Of a stretch of DNA of 64,000 nt, positions 43,353 through 52,623 are shown one piece after another. The notes under the pieces were generated by a model that had not been told where the DNA came from, did no database searches, and saw only the letters and a program-made list of their open reading frames with translations. Positions within the stretch are counted from its first letter, which is position 1. Each line of letters starts with the position of its first letter. The DNA comes from an uncultured Planctomycetaceae bacterium (GTDB lineage: Bacteria > Planctomycetota > Planctomycetia > Planctomycetales > Planctomycetaceae). The stretch spans positions 192,001-256,000 of the forward strand of contig CAWFGE010000018.1 in the NCBI GenBank assembly GCA_963815195.1, given 5' to 3'. The translations under genes were made by a program, and so were the position numbers.

Positions 43353-43487
43353 TGATCTTCCCCCGACGAACAAGTAGGAACCCCCCCAATACCAGAAAGA
43401 TCAATATACGGTGAAACGTCCTGTTTTGAAGTGCGTTTTCTTATCCTTTTCGTGTATTTCGTGTGTTTCGTGGTCCCTTCCGTCGTC

Positions 43488-44351
43488 TCAATAAAGCGCC
43501 GTGGCCAGTTTGCGGCGGTAGGTGCTCACGATGGCGGAGCTTTGGCCGATGAGGTCGAAGATTTTCAGCATGGTCTCTTTCGCCTCCTGGCCGGCACCTT
43601 CGCGGTCGGCTTGGATGACTTCCAGGCACAGGTCCAAGGCTTCCTCGAACTTGCGGGACACCGCGAGCGCATCGGCGAGTTTGATTTTGAGCGCGAGGTC
43701 GCCGGGGTTCGCTTGAACGGCGGCCCGGGCTTCTTCGACGCCTCCGGTTTCCGCGGCGGCCGCGCGGAGATCGAGTTGGGACTTGAGCTGCTCGGCTTCA
43801 TCCTCCAGGTAGCCTCGGGTTTCCAGTTCGCTAATGATTTGCCGAGCTTCCTCATCCCGGCTTTGCGCGAGAAGCACCCGCGCGAGGCGAATGCGAATCG
43901 CATCGTTCGCGGGATCCGTCTGCGCGGCTTCGCGGTAACACTGCTCGGCGGACACGGGATCGCTGACTTCGAGTTCCTCGCCCCGGCGGAGGAGTTCCTC
44001 CTCGGCAGAAGGCATCAAGGCCTTCACCCATTCCCGAAGTTGCGGCTCCGGCAGCATGCCTTGAAACTGATCCACGGCCCGGCCTTCGTAAACCGCGAAC
44101 ACCGTCGGGATCGATTGCACCCCAAACGCGGCGGCGAGTTCCTGCTCCTCGTCGATGTTGACCTTCGCCAAAACAAGTTTTCCGCCGGCTTCGTTCACCA
44201 GCTTTTCCAGCACCGGACCCAACACCTGGCAGGGCTGGCACCAGGGGGCCCAGAAGTCGATCAGCACGGGGCATTTCATCGAGCGGTCCACGACCTCTTC
44301 TTGAAACGTGGCGGCCGTGGCGTTGATGATCCATGCAGAAGACTCGGGCAT
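43488..44351 (-). CDS. Thioredoxin-TPR chaperedoxin (YbbN/CnoX)
   Basis: PVLIDFWAPWCQPC, FGVQSIPTV, TPR region, YRRKLATALY. Confidence 0.9.
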   Translation of the reverse strand: MPESSAWIINATAATFQEEVVDRSMKCPVLIDFWAPWCQPCQVLGPVLEKLVNEAGGKLVLAKVNIDEEQELAAAFGVQSIPTVFAVYEGRAVDQFQGMLPEPQLREWVKALMPSAEEELLRRGEELEVSDPVSAEQCYREAAQTDPANDAIRIRLARVLLAQSRDEEARQIISELETRGYLEDEAEQLKSQLDLRAAAAETGGVEEARAAVQANPGDLALKIKLADALAVSRKFEEALDLCLEVIQADREGAGQEAKETMLKIFDLIGQSSAIVSTYRRKLATALY

Positions 44352-44451
44352 GACGGGACTTTCGGAGCAAGCGACCGGGGAAGCGGACCTATTTTTTCCC
44401 TCAGTCTAGGAACTCTCCGAAGGGATTGAAACAATCCCGGGCCAGGCGCAT

Positions 44452-44547
44452 AAAAAAAGCGTCCCGAAACCGCACACGTTCCGAGACGCCTTTTTTAAGT
44501 TGAAAATGCTGACAAGTGCGGGCCAACTCCTGTCATCACTTTCCTCC
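44452..44547 (-). ncRNA. Putative sigma54-dependent small RNA, copy 1 (~96 nt)
   Basis: Stem-loop with loop GUUGGCCCGCA, then an intrinsic terminator and U7; paralog ~306 bp upstream. Confidence 0.7.
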
Positions 44548-44558
44548 AGCCATCAATT

Positions 44559-44725
44559 GCATGTTTCGTGCCAAACCAGAGGGTTAGTTGTTGTTTTGTT
44601 CGCAAGCCATTTTAGTATAACGACTTGAAGAATTATTTCATCCAAAAACCATTGGACTCTCGCTTTCCCAAGGGTGAAGCAAAACGCAACACTTGTGGCG
44701 AGATCGCCTCAAGCAAAATGCAACA
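44559..44725 (-). promoter_or_regulatory. sigma54 -24/-12 promoter plus paired activator boxes, copy 1
   Basis: TGGCACGAAACATGC at 44573-44559; GCAAAAYGCAACA boxes at 44679 and 44713. Confidence 0.7.
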
Positions 44726-44759
44726 CTCTTTGCCGATTCTCGAACAGGGAATCGGCAAC

Positions 44760-44853
44760 AAAAAAGCGTCCCGAAACCGCACACGTTTCGGAACGCCTTT
44801 GATGCAAGAATCGATGACAAGTGCGGGCCAACCCTTATCATCGCTTCTCACAG
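44760..44853 (-). ncRNA. Putative sigma54-dependent small RNA, copy 2 (~94 nt)
   Basis: 19-bp stem with the same loop, near-identical terminator and U6. Confidence 0.7.
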
Positions 44854-44864
44854 TAAAACGGTTT

Positions 44865-45028
44865 GCACATAGAATGCCAAAACGGGCTACAATTCCGGCA
44901 TTATCCGTAAGTCCCTTTACACGAATCTGTTGTGTCAGTTTTTGGATGACGAGCCAACCCAGCGGACTTCCCGAAAAGTGTAGCAACATCAAACAGTTGC
45001 GGTCGCAGCCCGAATGCAGAATGCAACA
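44865..45028 (-). promoter_or_regulatory. sigma54 -24/-12 promoter plus paired activator boxes, copy 2
   Basis: TGGCATTCTATGTGC at 44879-44865; boxes at 44983 (degenerate) and 45016 (GCAGAATGCAACA). Confidence 0.65.
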
Positions 45029-45043
45029 TTTTTTCGATGGGGC

Positions 45044-45997
45044 TTACTGGTCCCACAAGTTGCGCTGGGACGGATCGGCCGCTGGTTTTCGTTTTTGGTT
45101 TTGCGTTTGACGCTGGCGGTCTTCGAGTTTGATCCCGTCTTTGGTTTGGGGAGCACTGGCGAGCGGGTTCTCGGCCCCATCGAGCGGTTGGCCGGGGCGG
45201 ATTTCGCTCAATCGGCGGTTGGTTTGCTCGGCGTAGTCCGGCGAGAGTTCAAATCCCAAGAACCGGCGATTCAGTTTTTTGGCGACCGCCATTGTTGTGC
45301 CGCTGCCCGCGAAGGGATCGAGCACCAACTCGCCTTCGCGAGAGCAGGACCGCATGATTCGTCCCAGCACCTGTTCGGGCATTTGGCAGCCGTGCCAGCC
45401 TTTGCGTTCCTTGAAGGTCCCGTTGACCCGCGGGATGTACCAGGTGTCTTCGTGGGCTTGGAAACTCTCCGGGCAATCTTGGGGGCGGAGAATCCAGGTG
45501 TCGTCCGGCAATCGGCCATTGGGATTGGCCCGCTTGTCGCCGTAAACCAGTTGCCGGGCCGAGGGCACGCGGACCGCGGGGTCGTCGGCGTTGAAGGTGA
45601 AGGCTTTCGGATCTTTCACCATGTAAAACAGATGCACGTGGGACCGGCTGAATTTGTGTTTGCAATTCACCCCGAAGGTGTAGTACCAGACGACCCAACT
45701 CCGGCAGGAAAGCCCCAATTGCCGCTGCATGAGGACTTTCAGCTCGGCCGCAAACTCGTCGCCGATCGCCAGCCAGAACGTGCCGGCGGGTTTGAGCACC
45801 CGCTTGACCTCGGCCATCCAGTCGCAAGACCAGCGGAGATATTCCTCCGCCTCGCGCTGGTCGTCGTATTGGTCGTATTCGTAGCCGATGTTGAAAGGCG
45901 GATCGGCAAACGCCAAATCCACGCACTCCGCCGGCAGCGACCGCATCCCGGCGATGCAGTCCCCGTTGATAACTTGATCCACAGGCAATTCGGACAT
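45044..45997 (-). CDS. Orphan N4/N6 DNA methyltransferase (beta class)
   Basis: [10 protein letters not shown] precedes [11 protein letters not shown]; no restriction gene adjacent. Confidence 0.92.
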   Translation of the reverse strand: MSELPVDQVINGDCIAGMRSLPAECVDLAFADPPFNIGYEYDQYDDQREAEEYLRWSCDWMAEVKRVLKPAGTFWLAIGDEFAAELKVLMQRQLGLSCRSWVVWYYTFGVNCKHKFSRSHVHLFYMVKDPKAFTFNADDPAVRVPSARQLVYGDKRANPNGRLPDDTWILRPQDCPESFQAHEDTWYIPRVNGTFKERKGWHGCQMPEQVLGRIMRSCSREGELVLDPFAGSGTTMAVAKKLNRRFLGFELSPDYAEQTNRRLSEIRPGQPLDGAENPLASAPQTKDGIKLEDRQRQTQNQKRKPAADPSQRNLWDQ

Positions 45998-46306
45998 GGT
46001 GGTTTGGAGATTTTCGTTACGATAAGAAGAGGAATCGAAGCGACGGCAGGAGCATGTTAATGCAAATCGGTGTGCAACTGTAGGAATCGCTCGCCGGAAA
46101 TACACAGAATGCACTCGCCCCCACGCGGGCCGCGGTCGAGAGTCGGTTCTTCGGCAAGCCGCTCAAGAGCACGGGGCCTCTGCCGGTTACGTTGGTTTGA
46201 GAATGCTGTCGAAAGCTCATTTCTCGCACCAAAGGCGATTCGCATCCTTAAACGTCGATTGGGAGTAACCGGGGGGCTGACGCCCCGCGCTCGCCCTTTT
46301 GCACTT

Positions 46307-47326
46307 TTAAGAATCCATTGTTTTGCCCACGGCCTCGGCGATCAGCCGGCATTGGGCCATTGTGTCCCGGAACGCCGCGGGCGTGAGGGTCTGGGCTCCG
46401 TCACTGAGGGCGTCCGCGGGGTGCGGGTGCACTTCCAAAATCAGCCCGTCGCAGCCGGCGGCGACCGAGGCCCGGCACATGGAGGGCACCAACGAAGCGA
46501 TCCCGGTGCCGTGGCTGGGATCGACCACGATCGGCAAATGCGTCCGCTCTTGCAGATAAGGCACCGTGGCCAAAGGCAGCGTGAACCGCGTATGCGTCTC
46601 GAACGTGCGGATGCCTCGCTCGCAGAGCACGACCTGCTGGTTACCCTGATCGAGAATATATTCCGCCGCGAGCAAAAACTCGTCCATCGTCGCGGAGGGC
46701 CCGCGTTTGAGCAGCACCGGCTTGTTCGTTTCCCCGACCGCCTGGAGGAGATGATAGTTCTGCATGTTCCGCGCCCCGATTTGCAGCACGTCGGCGTATT
46801 CCGCGACGAGATCGACATGGTGCGGCGTCATCACTTCCGTCACCACCGCGAGTCCCGTGACATCGCGGGCGGCGGCGAGCAGCCGGAGTCCCTCTTCCTT
46901 CAATCCCTGGAACGAATAGGGGCTGGTGCGGGGCTTGAACGCGCCGCCTCTGAGGCCCTTCGCTCCCGCGTCTTTGACCGCGATCGCGGTCTCCATGATC
47001 TGCTCTTCGCTTTCCACGGAGCAAGGCCCCGCGATCACTCCGACGTGCCCGCCTCCCATCCGCAGGTCCCGCACCTCGACCACGGTGCCTTCGAGCTTGG
47101 TTTCCCGGCTGGCGACTTTGTACGGAGCAAGAATGGGCACGACTTTCTCCACTTCTTCGCAAGATTCCAGAGTTTCCCGTTCGCCGTTGCGTTTCTCGCC
47201 GATGGCGGCGATCACGGTGCGTTCGGTCCCGACAATCACATGGGCTTTGAGGCCCAGGGATTCCACACGCGCAGCCATCCGCTGCACCATTTCCTCCGTC
47301 GCATGGGGTTTCATAACGACAATCAT
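46307..47326 (-). CDS. aroF: DAHP synthase, type I-beta with N-terminal regulatory domain
   Basis: [56 protein letters not shown]. Confidence 0.96.
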   Translation of the reverse strand: MIVVMKPHATEEMVQRMAARVESLGLKAHVIVGTERTVIAAIGEKRNGERETLESCEEVEKVVPILAPYKVASRETKLEGTVVEVRDLRMGGGHVGVIAGPCSVESEEQIMETAIAVKDAGAKGLRGGAFKPRTSPYSFQGLKEEGLRLLAAARDVTGLAVVTEVMTPHHVDLVAEYADVLQIGARNMQNYHLLQAVGETNKPVLLKRGPSATMDEFLLAAEYILDQGNQQVVLCERGIRTFETHTRFTLPLATVPYLQERTHLPIVVDPSHGTGIASLVPSMCRASVAAGCDGLILEVHPHPADALSDGAQTLTPAAFRDTMAQCRLIAEAVGKTMDS

Positions 47327-47369
47327 GTTTTGAACCTTTTTCAGAAAAAGACAGCGGATGATTCAACGC

Positions 47370-47412
47370 AAAAACAAAAAAGGCTCTGAAATCGCGAGCG
47401 ATTTCAGAGCCT
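47370..47412 (-). terminator. Attenuator/terminator hairpin in the aroF leader
   Basis: AGGCTCTGAAATCGC-TC-GCGATTTCAGAGCCT followed by TTTTTGTTTTT. Confidence 0.85.
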
Positions 47413-47432
47413 GGAGTTTTGGAAGGTGTGAG

Positions 47433-47564
47433 TCAGACCAGATTTGGTCCCTGTTCCCCGCCGGCTCGGAAACCGCGCCCCGTAAACCAAAAATAAAACC
47501 GCCACGCGCCCGCATTGACGGGAGCGGTCGTGGAAAAGTTTTGGGTTAAGAGGGAGGAGGACAT
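47433..47564 (-). CDS. aroF leader peptide (43 aa)
   Basis: MSSSLLTQNFSTTAPVNAGAWRFYFWFTGRGFRAGGEQGPNLV*, with an aromatic cluster WRFYFWF. Confidence 0.8.
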   Translation of the reverse strand: MSSSLLTQNFSTTAPVNAGAWRFYFWFTGRGFRAGGEQGPNLV

Positions 47565-47611
47565 TTCAGGATTATTATTGCGGGTTTGTTGGTTCGTCTC
47601 ACCACCCCCTT

Positions 47612-47641
47612 AAGGTATCCGCGAACGGAAAGGAATGTCAA
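47612..47641 (-). promoter_or_regulatory. Putative sigma70 promoter of the aroF leader
   Basis: TTGACA-18 nt-TACCTT. Confidence 0.55.
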
Positions 47642-47762
47642 CTCAAAAAAATCCAATTCGCTCGGCGAGTTTTGATTTGGTTGGTATCTGCTGGCGGATT
47701 GGGTAATATCGGTGGGAGTTGATTTGTTTCGCGCTCCATGAAGTTTTAGGAAGCGGCCGGAA

Positions 47763-49220
47763 TTGATGGGATCAATGCAAAACCAAAGCGGGAACGACAG
47801 GGAACAGCGCGGCGGATTGATCGACCGCCGGGCGATGATCCAGGTGGGTTCGCTGGCGTTCGCCGGTTCGGTGCTGCCGGGGTTCGCGGCGGAATCGAAT
47901 GCGCCTCCGGTAACAATCGAACCAACGGGGACAGCGAAGCAGGTCTTGTTTCTGTGGATGGGCGGCGGGGTGACGCAGCTCGAATCCTTCGATCCCAAGC
48001 CTCTGGCCCCGGAGACCATTCGCGGCACGCTGGGGGCGATTTCAACCTCCCTCCCCGGCGTGCAGTTCGGCGAGCCGATGCCCCGGCTCGCGCGGATCGC
48101 GGGGGACTTGTGCGTCGTGCGCAGCTTCTCCCACGACAGCAACGACCATCTGCTCTCGCAGGTTTACACGCTCTCCGGGCGGAAAGTGAACCAGAGCGAC
48201 CTCTTCAAGCATCCGAACATCGGCTCGATCTTCTCCTATCTGTACGGCCCCCAAAACGGGCTGCCCGGTTACATCGCGGTGCCGGGGATCACCTGGCCGG
48301 GACCGCCGCCGCACAATCTGTTCGTGGGCGGCTGGCTGGGCGACCGTTATGCTCCGTTCGCGGTGGGCAACCCGCCGGAGTTCGCCAATTTCGTATCGGG
48401 GCCGAACCTCGAACATCCCGATCCGTTCAAGACCGAAGACCTTCGCCCCAAGGCCTTGAATCTTCCCGACGGTCTGTCGGCCGGGCGGCTGGATCGGCGG
48501 GTGGATTTGCTCAGCCGGCTTGATCAGACCGCAGCCTCGGCGGAAAAGACCCGGCCGGTCGCGGGAATGGAAGGGCATTACGAGTCGGCGATGAATCTGC
48601 TCACCGCGCCCGAAATTCGCGGAGCCTTCGACATCTCCCAGGAACCGGCCAATCTGCGGGACGAATACGGCCGGACGAAAATCGGCGGCCGCTGTCTGTT
48701 GGCCCGGCGGTTGATCGAAGCCGGGGCTCGGTTTGTGATGGTCGATTACGGTTACGATCCCGACTACGGCAACCTGTGGGACAACCACAACGCCGCCAGC
48801 CAGAAATTCCCGCACATCTCGGAAATGTGCCAGCGTCCTTACCATCTGGCCGGAATCGACCGCGCGTTTGCGGCACTCATCGCCGACCTCAAGAACCGAG
48901 GCCTCTTGGAAAGCACGCTGGTCCTGTTCCTCACCGAGTTCGGCCGGACGCCTAAGATCAACGCCCGCGGCGGCCGGGATCATTGGGGGGCGTGCGGTTC
49001 GATTTTCTTCACCGGCGGGGGGACCCGCGTGGGGCAAGTCATCGGAGCCAGCGACAAAGAGGCCGCGTATCCGACCACAAAAGGCTACACCCCCGCCGAC
49101 ATTGCGGCCACCATTTACCGGGCCGTCGGCCTCGAACTGGAACACCGCGTTTACGACCTGCAAAACCGCCCCTGGCCGATCCTCGGCGAAGGCCAGCCCA
49201 TCGACGGCGTGTTGGCATAA
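47763..49220 (+). CDS. DUF1501 family protein (Tat signal)
   Basis: DRRAMIQVG, LWMGGG..QLESFDPKP, LLARRLIEAGARFV, WDNH, EFGRTPKIN..GRDHW. Confidence 0.92.
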   Translation: MMGSMQNQSGNDREQRGGLIDRRAMIQVGSLAFAGSVLPGFAAESNAPPVTIEPTGTAKQVLFLWMGGGVTQLESFDPKPLAPETIRGTLGAISTSLPGVQFGEPMPRLARIAGDLCVVRSFSHDSNDHLLSQVYTLSGRKVNQSDLFKHPNIGSIFSYLYGPQNGLPGYIAVPGITWPGPPPHNLFVGGWLGDRYAPFAVGNPPEFANFVSGPNLEHPDPFKTEDLRPKALNLPDGLSAGRLDRRVDLLSRLDQTAASAEKTRPVAGMEGHYESAMNLLTAPEIRGAFDISQEPANLRDEYGRTKIGGRCLLARRLIEAGARFVMVDYGYDPDYGNLWDNHNAASQKFPHISEMCQRPYHLAGIDRAFAALIADLKNRGLLESTLVLFLTEFGRTPKINARGGRDHWGACGSIFFTGGGTRVGQVIGASDKEAAYPTTKGYTPADIAATIYRAVGLELEHRVYDLQNRPWPILGEGQPIDGVLA

Positions 49221-49264
49221 ATCCGATCGATCAACCCTGCGTCTATTTCATCGGGAGACTCGGC

Positions 49265-50344
49265 ATGCGGATGGCGTTGTTTGTTTTGCTCGTGCTGGTT
49301 TGCGTCCGGCCGGTCTCGGCGGCGGCTTGGGTTTATGTTTCCATCGCGGGCGAGAAGCGGATTGCGATTTATGACGTGAATCCCGCGACGGGAGAACTCG
49401 CCCATCGAACGAATGTCTCCACGCCGGGGGAACCGGGATCCCTCGCGACAAATCCCAAGAACCATTTCCTGTTTGGCTCCATGCGGTCCACGGGGGATTT
49501 GATGAGCTTTCGGTTGGACCCGGCGAACGGAAATCTGCACGCCCTCAGCCGGGTTCCCGCCGGGGCGGACCCCGCCTTCGTGGCGACCGACCGCACCGGC
49601 GCGTTTTTGCTGTCGGCGTACTATCAAGCCGGCAAGGTCGAGGTGCACCGCATCGGCCCAGACGGCCGCCTTTCGAACAAGCCCGTCATCAGCGTCAAAA
49701 CCGATGAGAAAGCCCACGCCATCCAGACGGAGGCCTCGAACCGGTTCGCCTTCGTGCCGCATACCGGACCGAATGCGATCTTTCAGTTCCTCTTCGATGA
49801 AAAGTCCGGCCGCCTGACGCCCAATCGGGTTCCCAAAGTCGAGACCGGCGCGCACACGGGGCCGAGGCATCTTGCCTTTCACCCGCAGCTCGACGTCGTG
49901 TATTTCGACAACGAACAAGGCAGCAGCGTCACCGCGTTTCGGCTGAACCGGGAGCAGGGGACGCTGGCCGCATTTCAAACGTTATCGACCCGGCCCGCGG
50001 ATTTCCCAAAGCAAAACTCGTGCGCCGATTTGGAGATTTCGCCGTCGGGGAAGTTTCTCTATGCCGCCAATCGCGGGCACGATAGTTTGGCCGGCTTTGC
50101 CGTGGATGCCGCCACCGGCGGGCTGACATCGCTGGGTCAAACTCCGACGGAAGCCACGCCCCGCTCGTTCAACATCACGCCCGACGGCAAGTTCTTGTAT
50201 GCCGCCGGCCAAAGTTCCGGCAAGTTGGCCGCCTATCGCCTCGACCCGAAAACCGGAGCGCTTTTCCGCTTTGCGACCTATGCCGTGGGAGAACGGCCGT
50301 GGTGGGTCCTGGCGGTTGAACTCAAGGAGCAGCCGAACGAATAA
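49265..50344 (+). CDS. Lactonase family beta-propeller (6-phosphogluconolactonase-like)
   Basis: KAHAI, GPRHLAFHP, FLYAANRGHDS, TPRSFNI. Confidence 0.88.
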   Translation: MRMALFVLLVLVCVRPVSAAAWVYVSIAGEKRIAIYDVNPATGELAHRTNVSTPGEPGSLATNPKNHFLFGSMRSTGDLMSFRLDPANGNLHALSRVPAGADPAFVATDRTGAFLLSAYYQAGKVEVHRIGPDGRLSNKPVISVKTDEKAHAIQTEASNRFAFVPHTGPNAIFQFLFDEKSGRLTPNRVPKVETGAHTGPRHLAFHPQLDVVYFDNEQGSSVTAFRLNREQGTLAAFQTLSTRPADFPKQNSCADLEISPSGKFLYAANRGHDSLAGFAVDAATGGLTSLGQTPTEATPRSFNITPDGKFLYAAGQSSGKLAAYRLDPKTGALFRFATYAVGERPWWVLAVELKEQPNE

Positions 50345-50461
50345 GCCCGCTTTGCGGTTCGTCGCGATTTGCTCTCTCGAAGCGACCCGCTATAGTGAAA
50401 AAGCCGTTCTTCGACCGACAGACTTTGCACAAACCGCACACAGACGAGAGCCGATCCACCG

Positions 50462-51708
50462 ATGCGAACCTCTGGAATGGTTTTGAGTTTTTCCCTGCTG
50501 ACGGCAGCCTGTTTCTTTTTGAACCAGGGGCCCGATTTGAACGCCGATCCGGCCGAGTCTTCCGCCGCCGAGCGCCTGGAGCCGCTGGTCGATTTGCTGT
50601 TGGAAATTCCCGATCCCGCGGTGCAGATGGATGTGCTCAAGGGCATGCACCAGGCGATCAAAGGCCAGCGGGACTTGCCCATGCCCGCGAAGTGGCCCCA
50701 GGCGGCGAAGCAATTGGCCAAAAGCCCCAACAAGGAAGTCCGTCAACTGGCCCGGTCGCTGTCGCTGATTTTCGGCGACCCCCAGGCCATGCAGTCGCTG
50801 CGGGAACTCGTCATGAATGACAACGCTCCGCTCCAAGCCCGCAGAACCGCGATCGCGGATCTCGCCCAGGTGCGGGACAAAAAGCTGCTTCCGATTTTGC
50901 AGAAGCGAATCGCCGATCCCGAACTCTCCGACGCGGCGATTCGCGGACTGGCCGCCTACAATGCCCCGGACACGCCCGCTTTGCTCATCGAGCACTACGG
51001 TCAATTCGCGCCGACCCAGCGGCAGTCGGCACTTTTCACTTTGGTCTCCCGCCAATCGTATGCGAAGACGTTGTTGGACGCTGTCGAACGGAAACAGGTG
51101 CCCGCGCGGATCTCTCGACCTATCTCGTCCGGCAGATCGCGGCGTTCGAGAACAAGGACCTGGACGCCCAGCTTCGGAAGGTCTGGGGCGAATTTCGGCC
51201 CACGTCCGCGGACAAAGCCCAGAAAGCGGCCGCCATCAAATCCAAGCTGACCGAAGAAGCCCTCACCAAAGCCGACGCGGCGCAGGGGCGGTTCGTGTTC
51301 GAGAAGACCTGTGCCGGCTGCCATCAGTTGTTCGATGCGGGCCGGCTCGTCGGTCCGAACCTCACCGGCTCTCAGCGGAACAATCTCGATTATGTTTTGG
51401 AGAACGTGCTCGATCCGAGCGCGGTCGTGGGCCGGGATTATCGGCTGACGACGATCGCCACCGCGGACGGCCGGGTGTTGACGGGCATCGTCACCGAAGA
51501 AACCGCCGAGTCGCTGACGCTCAAAACACCCAAGGAGGATGTGCTCCTCGCGGTCAGCGAAATCGAAGCCCGCAAGCAGTCCCGCCTGTCGATGATGCCC
51601 GAAGGCTTATTCGACAAACTCAGCGACGAGGAGATCCGCAATCTGGTCGCGTACCTCGCTTCGCCGGTCCAAGTTCCGCTGCCAACCGGCGTGAGCGGGA
51701 GGGATTGA
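50462..51708 (+). CDS. HEAT-repeat protein with a PVC-type heme c domain, frameshift near 51105
   Basis: Helical repeats, then GRFVFEKTCAGCH..VGPNLTG..NVLDPS..SMMPEGL. Confidence 0.85.
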
Positions 51709-51727
51709 TAACCCCCGCAACCTCAAG

Positions 51728-51826
51728 GCCGGGGGCTAGCGCCCGGCCGCTCAGTTTTGCAATGTGAGCGGTACGGCGCTAGCCGCCGGCTTGTGTGCGG
51801 AACCGGGGGCTATCGCGCGGCGCTCA
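51728..51826. repeat. Cluster of three REP family C units
   Basis: ccgggggctagcgcc, ggcgctagccgccgg, ccgggggctatcgc. Confidence 0.65.
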
Positions 51827-52612
51827 GATCGTCATGCCCGTAAAGCCGCCGTCCACGACGATGTTGGCTCCGGTCAAAAAGCTGCCGGCCTTGGGGGACG
51901 CCATCAAGAGAATCGCCCCGGCGAGTTCCGAGGGTTCGCCGAAGCGGTTCATGGGCGTGTGCCGCATGATGGATTCGATGCGGTCCGGCGTGAGGACTTT
52001 GCGGTTCTGCTCCGCGGGGAAAAAGCCGGGCGAGAGGGCGTTCACGCGAATCCCCTTGGTCGCCCATTCGCGGGCCAGGTTCTGCGTGAGGTTGATCACC
52101 GCCGCCTTGGTCGCGGCATAGGTGAAGACCCGCGAGAGCGCGGTAATTCCACTCAGCGAAGCAATGTTGATGATGGAGCCTTCCGTTTTTTTCTCGAGCA
52201 TATACCCGCCCAGGATCTGGCAGGCCAAGCGCACGCTGCGGAGATTGATGTTCAAAATCCGCTCCCACTCGTCATCGCTGATTTCCAGAAACGGCGTCGC
52301 GGAGTTGATGCCCGCTCCGTTGACCAGCACATGCAGCTCCCGCCCCGCCGATTTCAGATGATCGATCAAGCCGTTCAAATCGTCCCGGCTGGTGGCATCG
52401 GCCGCGAAGAACTCCGCGCTGCCCCCAGCGTGGGTGATCCGCTGGACCGCCACGTTTCCATGCTCGGCATTCCGCCCGACGACAACCACATGCGCCCCGG
52501 CAAAGCCCAAGGCTTCGGAAAAGGCTCCGCCCAACACGCCCGTCCCGCCGACGACCACCGCCGTCCGGCCGTCCAACCCAAACATCTCGGTCAAGTATTC
52601 CGCCGCGGACAT
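51824..52612 (-). CDS. SDR oxidoreductase (D-mannonate/gluconate dehydrogenase-like)
   Basis: GGTGVLG, NGAG, YAATK, NALSPGFF. Confidence 0.9.
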   Translation of the reverse strand: MSAAEYLTEMFGLDGRTAVVVGGTGVLGGAFSEALGFAGAHVVVVGRNAEHGNVAVQRITHAGGSAEFFAADATSRDDLNGLIDHLKSAGRELHVLVNGAGINSATPFLEISDDEWERILNINLRSVRLACQILGGYMLEKKTEGSIINIASLSGITALSRVFTYAATKAAVINLTQNLAREWATKGIRVNALSPGFFPAEQNRKVLTPDRIESIMRHTPMNRFGEPSELAGAILLMASPKAGSFLTGANIVVDGGFTGMTI

Positions 52613-52623
52613 GGCTCTTCGTT

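Larger units (their letters stand above)
42407..43474. mobile_element. Putative repeat-bounded GxxExxY module (repeats at 42407-42426, 42939-42967, 43447-43474)
   Basis: AACCACGAAACACACGAAAA and two copies on the opposite strand; AT-richer interior. Confidence 0.55.

Noticed and set aside
44625..45110. ORFs 44625..45110 (+) and 44633..44992 (-)
   Set aside because: No recognisable motifs; they cross terminator and promoter elements better explained by the sRNA units
45044..45997. Restriction-modification system pairing the MTase with the GxxExxY nuclease
   Set aside because: The two are separated by ybbN and the sRNA locus, and the MTase has host-like composition, so it looks like an orphan
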